Below are positions 12,136-23,163 of a stretch of 64,000 bases of DNA, one piece after another. A model generated the notes under the pieces. That model was given only the letters and a program-made list of their open reading frames with translations. It had not been told where the DNA came from and ran no database searches. The translations under genes were made by a program, and so were the position numbers. Numbering within the stretch: the stretch's first letter is position 1; every line of letters starts with the position of its first letter. Location: the NCBI RefSeq assembly GCF_006345805.1, contig NC_042998.1:48050001-48114000 (forward strand). The letters are read 5' to 3'. Source of the DNA: Octopus sinensis (taxonomy: Eukaryota).

Positions 12136-12869
12136 TGGCGATTATGAATCTGCCAAGTTTGACGGTTGGTTGGAGAATGGCAAATTGTTAGGAATTGCAA
12201 CAAATGAAAATATATTCAACAAGCAAATTTTCTAATCAGAAAATCTCTATATCAGATGAAATTAGTAACTATACTGAGAAGTTATGTTTATTCACAACCG
12301 AAGATAAGCACAAAGAGCTCAAAACCGCACAGTCTAGTGGTCCTGTCGCTGGAAGATGGTAGGGGTTCACACCCCTGCTTGCAATATATATTGGGTGTAG
12401 GTAGATTGCATCGAATAACCAGCGGATGTAGGCGTCCTCCTGGGGTTAAAATGGTAGTAACGTCGGTTCCTGCGGAACAGTCATGCTGAAGTGGGGATAA
12501 ACAAACATATATTCCTCATTTGTCAAAGGACATGCTTGATCCGATTCTGGATACTTTGATCAATGATGCGTTCATCTGGAAGGGTACTTCAAAAGTAGGT
12601 ACGTGAGAACTGCACAATGACGAATATAGAGTAAATTATAGGGCGAACAGGACGTCACTTAGATAATCAGTCAGTCTCGGCAAAATGTTTTCGTCTTTAT
12701 CGCTATATCTTTTTTGGCCCTAATAACAAAAAATATCAAATAAATGTGCCACCAGAATACACATGTCTGTTAACTGAATTTCAAAAAATATGTTTTGTAT
12801 TGAATTATATTCTCGTTTCCAATTTTCTGGCGATTAATACATTTTCGTTCTAATATGCGAAGTCACTTT

Positions 12870-13080
12870 AAGGCGGCAAGCTGGCTGAATTGTCTGCAAA
12901 AATGCTTAGCGGGATTTCGTCCGTCTTTCCGTTCTCAGCTTAAACTTTGTCAAGGTCGACTTTTCCTTTCATCCTTTAGTGGTCGATTAAATAAGTCCCA
13001 GTTGAGCTCTGGAATCAATGTAATTGGCTTACAACCACCCGCCCCTCATATTGTTAGCCTTGTGCCATAATTTGAAGTCA
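12870..13080 (+). mobile_element. tRNA-derived SINE (GGCGGCGAGCTGGCAG family), degenerate
   Basis: AAGGCGGCAAGCTGGCTGAA head, AATGCTTAGCGGGATTTCGTCCG, GTCGACTTTTCCTTTCATCC body. Confidence 0.7.
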
Positions 13081-13367
13081 ATATCTAAAGCCATTTTGCC
13101 TTCTTTCCGAATATACTTAAATATTTCTTCGAGTTCAAATCAAACTTTTTACACCTTCTCCAGAGCAGCACATTGATTGAAAAAGTAAGAGACTTTGTGA
13201 TATGATATAATTACAACTGGGTGTGTTATTATAGTGGAATAAAAGTTTATGTCTGGAGCAAATATTTATTTCAATACAGAAAAATAATTACTTTTCCCAG
13301 AGAGAAATTTAATTTGCAAAAGGAAGAGGTATAAATGATCGCATCGAAATGGCATGCATTATACCTG

Positions 13368-13730
13368 TACTCTTTTACTTGTTTCAGTCATTTGACTGCG
13401 GCCATGCTGGAGCACCGCCTTTAGTCGAGCAAATCGACCCCAGGACTTATTCTTTGTAAGCCTAGTACTTATTCTATCGGTGTCTTTTGCCGAACCGCTA
13501 AGTTACGGGAACGTAAACACACCAGCATCAGTTGTCAAGCGATGTTGGGGTGACAAACACGATACACAAACAGACACACACACATATATACATATACATA
13601 TATACAACGGGCTTCTTTCAGTTTCTGTCTACCAAATCCACTCACAAGGCTTTGGTCGGCCCGAGGCTATTGTAGAAGACACTTGGCCAAGGTGCCACGC
13701 AGTGGGACTGAACCCGGAACCATGTGGTTG
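13368..13730 (-). mobile_element. abundant SINE (GGAGTGGCTGTGTGGTAAG family) with internal (TA)/(TG) tract
   Basis: Tail TACTCTTTTACTTGTTTCAGTCATTTGACTGCGGCCATGCTGGAGCACC and GGTTCCGGGTTCAGTCCCAC B-box region on the minus strand; many homologues in the window. Confidence 0.85.
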
Positions 13731-14320
13731 GTATGGTGTTATACAAAAGAGGTAAGCTGGTGTTATGCAAAATTTGAATTCGGAAAAGCATCGGGTATTT
13801 TCAACAATCCATCACTTATATCTTTTTAAATAAGAGATATTTTGATATTTGTAATGGAGTTTTCATTCTTTAGAAATATATCACAGAAAGTATAATTCAT
13901 TCACATATTGTCAGTGCATTCGTTAAAAGATTTATCCATTTAGATAAGCATTGTTTTATATTGTTATCATCGTTTTCTTTCCCCTCTTCCCGTTGCATCC
14001 GGTTGAAACCATATTAAATCATTAGAAAATAACAATGAAAGAAAAAGTAATATACATGTATAAAAGAACAAATGATTTTTTTTGGAAGTAGTAAGACTTA
14101 ACAAATAATGAGTAGATGTCTAAGCGGTCGGAAATACCTTGTTTATAAAAAGAAACAGAATGAACTTTTACCTTCATTGAGTATATTCATGAAAAAGTCA
14201 ACTTATGGCGCTATCTCGTACACATCCGTACACTTCAGCAACATAAACACCAACATAAATAAATAAATAAACAAAACGATAAGTGTTAAAAGAAAGATAG
14301 TGTAAAGTAAAATATATATA

Positions 14321-14898
14321 CGTGGTCTGATCAATAAGTACCCGGACTATTGCTACAATAACGAAACTAAAGCACGGAGAGTAAAGCCGCTTGTCGCAGA
14401 TTTACCTTGAACTCTGTTGTGTATATGCACAAAGTTTTAACGTTCTAGCTAGCTCACTTCCGCTGTTTACAGCAGTGCTTGGAAGGAAAGTGCGTAGCGT
14501 GTTATCGTCGCATTGAACATGACATAGAAAGTTGTGCAGAGAATCTACATCAAATTTTGCCAAAAGCATGGCGATACCAGCTCAGAGGCCTACACAAAGT
14601 TTTTAAAAAGTTTTCATCGCTCTCAACACAATCAAGGAGATCTTGAGCTACTGAAACCGAGTGTCTTTTTGGTCAGCTGAAAGCAGTTTTGGCACAAACT
14701 TGGCAGACACGTGTCTCATACCCAAATCTTCAGTGATAATGAACTGAACTGAACCGTAACTAATCTGCACATCCTATGATAACTCAGGGATGATGATTCG
14801 ACGATTTGACTTCACAGTTCAATCTGTGCCAAGCGACTTTACTCTGCGTGCTTTAGCTTCATTACTATGGCCACAGATCGGATACTTATTGATCATAC

Positions 14899-14902
<4 letters not shown>
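14321..14902. mobile_element. mariner-derived non-autonomous element with inverted left ends
   Basis: TA|CGTGGTCTGATCAATAAGTACCCGGACT ... GATCGGATACTTATTGATCATACCTCA|TA; internal mariner N-terminal remnants (QRIYIKFCQK) in both orientations. Confidence 0.8.
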
Positions 14903-14952
<50 letters not shown>

Positions 14953-15299
14953 CGGTTCCTTCGTTGTTAAAAAAAAGGTCCGTTCCATGCTTGTTTTTTC
15001 GTTTTCGTTTCTCGTTGAGTTCTACGCCTAATTGTGGTGTCCTGTACCCACGTATATATATTTATATATGCATGTATATATACATGTAGATGTAGGTACG
15101 TACATATATGTATGTATGCATGCATATATTTTAATTTTTACACTATTGTATGACTGAGCGCCCTCGCGTCGATTCGATTCGTTTCGTTTCGTTTCTCCTT
15201 CTCCAAGTACAGTTTATATCTATATTATATTATATATATATATATATGTGTATGTGTGTGTGGTGTGTGTGTGTGTGTATATAATATATATGTATATGT

Positions 15300-15720
15300 A
15301 AAAAATACAAACTGGGACAAGAAAACAAAAAATTTAGAAGACGATACAAAAACACGGACGGGACATTCGAAGCCTTCAATCTTCAGTCAAGAACCAGATC
15401 ATCCTCGCAATTTCGGCTGATAAAAATGGTAAGACAACAAAAGAAAGAAAGAGACCTCGATATTATGTAAATAAAGGAATTTATCTGTAAATGTAATATG
15501 TGGCAATTATTCGGTAGCTATGATAAAACTCCGAGTTTCGGATGCCGAGGTGGAAATCCATACTGCCATCTCTTCTGTTATCCGGCCATCGGAAAAATGC
15601 TATGAAATATGACTGTTATACAAAGGGAAATTACTGTGTGATTGACCGTTATTAAGACAAAAGAGCTATTTGAATGACTGCTAAGTGAGGGAAGGGAGTA
15701 AAGGTAAGGGGGGTAAAAAG
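15300..15720 (-). mobile_element. probable Penelope-like terminal fragment with degenerate hammerhead (15522-15582)
   Basis: Minus strand GATAA-CAGAAGA-GATG...CATCC-GAAA-CTCGGAG-TT-TTATC: stem I GATAA/TTATC, near-palindromic stem III, one core substitution (U4 to A); left end abuts a (TA)/(TG) tract. Confidence 0.4.
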
Positions 15721-15789
15721 CTCATAGTGTCATCATCGTTCTCTTTGGGGAGCGTAATAAGTGGTACTGATTGTTGCTAGCTCCTCCTC

Positions 15790-15805
15790 TCCCTCTCTCT
15801 CTCTC

Positions 15806-15886
<81 letters not shown>

Positions 15887-15929
15887 TAGACAGACAGATA
15901 GATAGATAGATAGACAGACAGATAGATAG

Positions 15930-15990
<61 letters not shown>
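15790..15990. repeat. compound (CT)n(TA)n(GA)n(GATA)n microsatellite
   Basis: Direct inspection. Confidence 0.95.
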
Positions 15991-15991
<1 letters not shown>

Positions 15992-16503
15992 GCTTTCGCT
16001 ATAACATACCCCAGAAGTATGAAGGCGTGATTTAATTTTGGAAAGTAATTAATCCTTTCAAAATTTGGCACAAAAACCAGTAATTGTGAGGGGAGAGGTG
16101 AGTCGGTTACATCGACCCTAGTGCTCAACTGGTATCTATTTTATCGACCGGAAATGGATAAAAGGTAAAGTCGACTCCGGCAGTGTTTAAGTAGCGCATT
16201 GAAAAGCCTGGCCTCGAAACTCCTTTCTAGCTGTAATATCTTTGATGCTGGATAAACTGTTCTGAAGCTCTTTCATTTCAGTGAGATTGTTTACCTTATT
16301 GACCTCCTAGCACTGAGGAATCCCAACTGGCCCTCTTCTCTCTTTCACTCTAATTACCAACCAGAAGTTTGCTTGCACCAAGCAATAGTCTGTCCAACAC
16401 TCAGTTCCATGAAAGAACTTGAGACTACAAATGTTTAGATATCACGTTCGCGAGTGATAATATCATCCAACAAATTCCAAAACGAATACCTTCAATATTC
16501 ATT

Positions 16504-16715
16504 ACCAAGCTCATTTATTCATGTGAGACATGGATTTTCTACAGGCATCATGTAAAGGTCCTTGAACACTTCCATCAGAGATGTTTGAAACACATTCTAA
16601 ATATTGGTTGGTCCTTGTAGACACCAGACTCAGACTTCTTAGGATGGTGTACAAGCACTGATAATGCTGGACTGGAAAGCTTATTCGAATGAATGCGCGG
16701 AAGATCCCTAAGCAG
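16504..16715 (+). pseudogene. RTE-clade (BovB-like) LINE RT C-terminal fragment
   Basis: TKLIYSCETWIFYRHHVKVLEHFHQRCLKHILNIGW ... KIPKQ with an in-frame stop. Confidence 0.75.
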
Positions 16716-16801
16716 AAAACTGAATGAAGCCCGTCGTATATATATATATATATAATATATATATATACTATATACATGCACACACACACACACACACACA
16801 C

Positions 16802-16853
<52 letters not shown>

Positions 16854-16855
<2 letters not shown>

Positions 16856-17140
16856 CACCGTGATCACCGTGACCGACCAGGCTATCAGATGTTACTAGTC
16901 ACAATGCGCTTCGCATTGTTTTAGCCTTCAAATGACGTCACCCCGCTGGCTAAGAAGAAAGAGCGAGAGAAAGTTGTGGCGAAAGAGTACAGCAGGGATC
17001 ACCATCACCCCCTGCCGGAGCCTCGTGGAGCTTTAGGTGTTTTCGCTCAATAAACACTCACAACGCCCGGTCTGGGAATCGAAACCGTGATCCTACAACC
17101 GCGAGTCCGCTGCCTTAACCACTGAGCCATTGCGCCTCCA
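16854..17140 (-). mobile_element. tRNA-derived SINE (GGAGGCGCAATGGCTCAGTGG family)
   Basis: Minus-strand A box TGGCTCAGTGGTTAAGG and B box GTTTCGATTCC; homologous to 30395-30746. Confidence 0.8.
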
Positions 17141-17169
17141 TATATTATATATCTATATATATATATATA

Positions 17170-17251
<82 letters not shown>

Positions 17252-17450
17252 TCTTTAAATTGTTTCAGTTTTAAAGCTGCGGTCATGTTGGGGCACCACC
17301 GTTTTAAAGTTGCATCGATGGGATGTATGTACATATGTTTAGATATATGTACATATATATATATTATCTATCTGTACACACATATATGTATATACAAACA
17401 CACATACACGCACACACTACACACACATACATATGCATGCATAGATACAT

Positions 17451-17498
<48 letters not shown>

Positions 17499-17714
17499 AC
17501 ACAAATACACTAGTATGTAGACGTCATCCAGCAATATATATATATACACACACACATACATACCTACAGAAGAAAACTGCTGTTAAACACTTACTAATTC
17601 CTTGAAAGCTTTGTTTTCGGTGTGATGAGATGAATATATTTTGGTTAGTGACTCTCCAGCTGGAATCCAATCCAACAATTAAACACATGACTACGACAGG
17701 AAGTGGCAAAGTTT

Positions 17715-17945
17715 AATGCACGTGACAGAACGTCCAAATTGAGCAGGAAATCTGATCTGCAAATTATCCTGGTTATATGTTGACTCCCTTATTATTATTA
17801 AGCTAGAGGATCACTCATTGGGAATCGGCTAACAAGAGTATCCGCCGTTAGGCGTTCATCTATAGGACGTACCGAACGGGTCACTTCCGTTTGAATCAAC
17901 AGCTCAATCTAATAAGCAAGTCACGTGACGCAACCGGATGTTGTT
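17715..17945. promoter_or_regulatory. candidate promoter-like motif cluster
   Basis: CACGTGAC (17719-17726), ACTTCCG ETS-like (17883-17889), palindromic GTCACGTGAC (17920-17929) and CCGGATGT (17934-17941) in CpG-retaining, apparently non-repeat sequence. Confidence 0.3.
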
Positions 17946-18374
17946 TGTTCTGGAATTTTAGGTCTTCCGAGGATCTTATTTCGCTTTCGCTTCACATTTT
18001 TTTTGAATGATTTTTTTTTTAATATATTTTTTTTTATTTATATAACATTGTGTCAGTTATTCCTGTTACCACTTAAAGTATCTATTTATTTGTTATTGTA
18101 TATATGTATGGATGTATGTATGTGAGGATGGATGGATGGATGGATGGATGGATGGATGGATGTTTGGAGCAAGGATGGAGGGAGGGAGGAAGGGAAAGAT
18201 ATGTTTGTGTGCATTTGAGTGTAATTTTATATACATTTATATAGACATAACAATACCCACATACATATACAAACACGCACACACCTACATATAGGCATAA
18301 AAGACTAGGCATAAATAATGGTCATTATGTGCGCATGTGTGTATGTGTATGTGTATGTGTGTGCGTGGGTGGGG

Positions 18375-18679
18375 GTGGAGGCGTTTGGCCTAGTGGTTAT
18401 AGTGTTGTACTCACGATATTGAAATCATGGTTTCGATCGCTAGATTGGCAGTACATTGTGTTCTTGAGCAAAACACTACATTTCGGGTTGCTCCAGTCCT
18501 CTCGGCTGTAAAAGGTATCCCTATGACGTGACGTAATGGCTCTCCTTTCAGGGGATGTTAGCCGGCCCTCCTAGTTTGTAGGGTAGCATTAATCTAAAGC
18601 GACGAGAAGGCGAGGAAGCGCATTGTGAACAGCAGTGTATGACAATAACCGATAGTCTGGTCGATACAAAGCCCTAATC
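18375..18679 (+). mobile_element. tRNA-derived SINE
   Basis: GTGGAGGCGTTTGGCCTAGTGGTT head, GTTTCGATC B-box-like, TTGTGTTCTTGAGCAAAACAC..GTTGCTCCAGTCC body as in 1-243. Confidence 0.7.
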
Positions 18680-18859
18680 CATATATATATATATATATAT
18701 ATCCTTTGTATCTCTGTCTGTTCCCAATGCATTCTCAAACGGTTCGACCAAATCAAATCAAATTTTACAGGAGTTCCAACATCTAATTTTTGAGGATCAA
18801 AACAGAGCAACATTGGCACTGGTTCTGTATTACGTCTGAAAACTCGAATAGTTTCACTT

Positions 18860-18927
18860 TTATTCTTTCACTTTAATAGCTTCACTATGTATATATATAC
18901 ATACATGCACACAACACACACACACAC

Positions 18928-18999
<72 letters not shown>

Positions 19000-19304
19000 A
19001 ATATATTATATAAAATATATATATATATGTATATCTTTGTATATAGTATATATGTATGTATGAATATGTATATATGTATGTATATATGTGCATATATATA
19101 TGTATATATATACATATATGTATACATATATATACATTATATATACATATATATATACATATATGTTATGTATATATATGTGTGTGTATATGCATATATG
19201 ATATATATGTATGTTATATATATGTATATATATGTATATATGTATATATATGTGTATATATGTATATTATATATATATATATACATATATAATATATATA
19301 TAAC

Positions 19305-19356
<52 letters not shown>

Positions 19357-19360
19357 ATAT
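18860..19360. repeat. long degenerate (TA)n/(TATG) tract
   Basis: About 500 bp of almost pure TA repeats. Confidence 0.95.
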
Positions 19361-19482
19361 AGTGAAGGCGCATGGCTCAGTGGTTAGAGCGTCGAGTTTA
19401 CGATCATGAGGTTGTGAGCTCGAATTCCGGACCGGGTTGCGTGTTGGTGTTTCTTGATCAAGACACTTTATTTCACGTTGCT
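19361..19482 (+). mobile_element. tRNA-derived SINE 5' part truncated by the gap
   Basis: GGCGCATGGCTCAGTGGTTAGAGC (A box) ... GCTCGAATTCC (B box). Confidence 0.8.
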
Positions 19483-19582
19483 NNNNNNNNNNNNNNNNNN
19501 NNNNNNNNNNNNNNNNNNNNNNNNNNNNNNNNNNNNNNNNNNNNNNNNNNNNNNNNNNNNNNNNNNNNNNNNNNNNNNNNNN
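19483..19582. other. assembly gap (100 N)
   Basis: Exactly 100 N, so true size unknown; ORFs in the track that cross it are artefacts. Confidence 1.
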
Positions 19583-21475
19583 CTCACATTGCAGGTGTTT
19601 AGTGTCCTCAGGGTTCTGTATTGCCTGTGAAACTTTTGTATCATCTGCATAACTTGTGATCGTGGATCTCTGCGTGGCTGAGGGCATGTCTGAGAGGGCC
19701 ATTATGAACAGTAGTGGTCCCAAAACAGTGCCCTGTGGAACACCGCTCATTATTTGCGTGTTAATGGAAGTGGCCCCATTGGCTACTACCACCTGACTTC
19801 TATTCTTCAGAAAGTCGTGAAGCCATTCTCCTAGTTTTCCAACTATGCCAAGATCACGCAGTTTGTGACATATCATTCCATGATCGACTTTATCGAAGGC
19901 CTTTGCGAAGTCGAGATATATGACTTCCACATTTGAGTGGTTGAGCAGTTGTTTCAGCACCCAGTCATAGTGCTGCAGGAGCTGAGTTAAGCAGCTTCTT
20001 CCTGGTTGGAAACCATGTTGGGTGTCAGGCAGCAAGTCATTTTCTTCAAGGAAGGTGATTAGTTTCCTTCTGACTATTCGTTCCATGACCTTGCTGATGT
20101 GTGAGGTCAGAGAGATAGGTCTGTAGTTCTTGGCCTCCGCTCTGCTACCTCCTTTATGAATAGGGCATATTTTACCTTCCTTCAGTCCCCTTGGAAGTTT
20201 GCCAGCTGCAAGGAAGCTCTGAAAGAGGAACTGCAGTGGTCTTGCTAAGACTCTCTTACATACTTTTAGGAGGATTGCCGGGAATCCATCGGGGCCAATA
20301 GCTGAGTCTATTTTCATTTCATCTATAGCCTTTATTACATCGTCTTCCTTTATATCGATGTAATTTATCGTCGCCACTCTGATTCTATATCTGCAGTGGT
20401 AAAGAAGTCAGTTGGATTGCTGATTTGGAAATGTCCAAGGGTGGAGTGAAAACACTCTTGAATTGTTCATTCAGTATTTCACTTACCCTCATTGGTTTTC
20501 CTGTGAGTGTGCCATCCTTTTCAAGGAGTGGCCCTATCCTACAGTGCACCGTAGCTTTTCTTGGCATACCTGTAGAAAGCTCTGGGGTTAGTTTTTATGT
20601 TGTCTATAGCCCAGGCTTCTTTGTCTGCTCTTTCCTTCTCATGGGAGAGTTGCAGACAATTTTCGATTTCCAACAGTTTTATTTTCAGGCGGGACTTTTC
20701 ACTGCTTTCAATTTGTTTGTTTAGGCGATTTGAAATTTTTGTACGCCGTCTCATAAAATTTTCCTCTCTCTGGGGATTTTGTTTTGTGTACAGTGGCCTT
20801 TCTCTCTGGGACACATTTGTAGCATATGGCTTGCATTACAGACATGAATTGTTGAAGTATCATGTCGATGTCCGGCGAGGAGAGACATTCAGGCCAGTTT
20901 GTTTGAGGATCTCTTTCTCAATTTGTTTCCAGTTTGCCTTATTGAAGTTCAAGCTGGAAAGATTCTGAGGGTTTCTTGTAGGCTGCATGTCCGTGCTCTC
21001 TTTGGCCCGTACATGGTCAGCTCTACCATGCTGTGATCCGAGATAGTGTCGGGTGTCACTTTCACATTATGGATGAGATCCATATTATTTGTGAAGCAGA
21101 GATCCAGTGTGTTACCTGCTCTGGTTGGTTGCAGTATTACTTGCTCCATGTACAGGGTGTTGGTGAGGTTCAGGAGGGACCTCGCCTGTCCACGTTCACA
21201 TCTTGTCATTCCTGGGAGAGAAAGGCCTTCGGGCCATCTGACATTCGGTAGATTGAAGTCTCCCATGAGAAGTACACTTATGTGTTGTTCTAATGTGGTT
21301 AGAACTTCTTCTATTTTTAAAAGGCAGTCCTCAAACTTGCCCATATGACTTGGGGCATCTGGAGGGCGATATGTAGCACACACAACTACATCAAGTTGCC
21401 TTATGTGTACAATTAGTGTGTCACACACCGAGTTTGAGTATGACAAAAGGACCTGGGGTGTGAGGTCCCCACGGA

Positions 21476-21480
<5 letters not shown>
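19583..21480 (-). mobile_element. CR1-group LINE ORF2 (APE endonuclease + reverse transcriptase), broken, continuing into the gap
   Basis: Endonuclease motifs YRPP, LMGDFNLPNVRW, TLDLCFTN, ISDHSMV; RT motifs NYRPISLTSHISKVMERIV, QHGFQPGRSCLTQLL, YLDFAKAFDKVDH, GVPQGTVLGPLLF, YADDTK; stops/frameshifts between the domains. Confidence 0.92.
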
Positions 21481-21516
<36 letters not shown>

Positions 21517-22019
21517 GCGTGCACACATATACATATATATTAATAGCCATGCTAGTACATTGACACATATATATGTATTTAACCATTCAAAGAAAATATA
21601 CACATTAACATCTGAATCTTTCATGTGCACATGCTTGCATGCGCATAAAAGACATCAATACACTTGCACACGCCCACACACACACACACACACACACAGA
21701 TAAACATAGACACACAGACAGATAGGTAACAAAAACAAAACAAAAAAAAACAAGAAAGAATTAGGACCATGAGAACACAAACAAACATAGAAACAACAGA
21801 AAAATAGTAACAACAGCAACAAAAATAAAAAAAAAACAACGAATCGCAACAAATTCAGTGCAGCAGTTAAAAAGCTGCACTGGTTAACAGTCACAACAGT
21901 CTGTAACAACTGCAGTACAGATCAAGATGTGAACATGATGCAACAACAGCAGACAAACAGTATAATGGCCTGAGTGGCAGGAGTATACACAGTTGTATGC
22001 ATGTTCCGCATTAATGCCT

Positions 22020-22077
22020 ATATATACATAGACACACATCTATATATACACACACATATATAATATATATATTATAT

Positions 22078-22112
<35 letters not shown>

Positions 22113-22170
22113 TATATAGACATTCTATATATACATAGACATCTATATATATATAGAATCTATATATATA

Positions 22171-22206
<36 letters not shown>

Positions 22207-22300
22207 TATTATATATATATAGACATCTATATATAATATAGACATCTATATATATATAGACTATATATATATATTATATATATAGACAATATATATATAT

Positions 22301-22360
<60 letters not shown>

Positions 22361-22418
22361 GTATATATATGTTCTATATATATATAAACATATATAAACA
22401 TATATAAATATATATAAA
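22020..22418. repeat. long (TA)n tract with TAGACA interruptions
   Basis: Direct inspection. Confidence 0.95.
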
Positions 22419-23111
22419 ATGAGATAGGGGTTGAAAATTCAACCCACCAGTGATATAATATATATCCAATATACTGCTAGAGAGGTACCCAACAAGACTA
22501 ATACATAATGTTAAAAATTGCCCAAGCAATTAGTCCATCTACTGTATTATATGGCAAAGGTAAAAATATTACCGTAAATTAATACTACAAAATTAGAAAT
22601 GGAGAAACATACTTAAATCAATCAAACATCAACCATCAGATAATACCCAATCAATACTTATTACACCATTACATAACAGTAAAGGCATTATACAAAATAT
22701 ATTGTAAATATAATTAGACAAGAAATAGAAATATAAAATATAAAATATAATATGTAATTATATCATATCTGACAGCTGTTTCGGCAGTAAGGGCAATCAT
22801 GCCTCATTTAACCTATAAGCCATATAAGGCAGGTATAAATGAGACATTAACAAGGATGCCCCACGGCCTCTTCAGAGAATTTAATAAATTATAATTGTGA
22901 AAAAATTTCACAATTATAATTTATGTCAGATATGATATAATTACATATTATATTTTATATTTCTATTTCCTTGTCTAATTATATTTACAATATATTTTGT
23001 ATAATGCCTTTACTGTTATGTAATGGTGTAATAAAGTATTGATTGGGTATCATCTGATGGTTGATGTTTGATTGATTTAAGTATGTTTCTCCATTTTCTA
23101 ATTTTGTAGTA
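22419..23111. mobile_element. non-autonomous Penelope-like element with ~190-bp inverted arms (22583-22774 / 22924-23111)
   Basis: Near-perfect inverted arms, 19-bp hairpin at 22884-22924, hammerhead motif between them, (TA)n on both flanks; shares head ATGAGATAGGGGTTG.AAATTCAACCC and tail with 39279-39665. Confidence 0.7.
22768..22878 (-). ncRNA. type I hammerhead ribozyme (minimal stems I/III, extended stem II)
   Basis: Minus strand UCU-CUGAAGA-GGC..(long hairpin)..GCC-GAAA-CAGCUG-UC-AGA: intact CUGANGA and GAAA core, G10.1-C11.1 pair, palindromic ACAGCUGU stem III, GUC cleavage triplet, 3-bp stem I. Activity untested. Confidence 0.7.
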
Positions 23112-23163
23112 TAAATATATATATATATATGTATATATATATGTGTCTATATATATATATATA

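Noticed and set aside
12135-12868. Possible TTAA-flanked Kolobok-like DNA element
   Set aside because: The putative TIRs match over only a few bases and no transposase is visible.
19343-19650. ORFs extending through the N run
   Set aside because: Artefacts of translating across the assembly gap.
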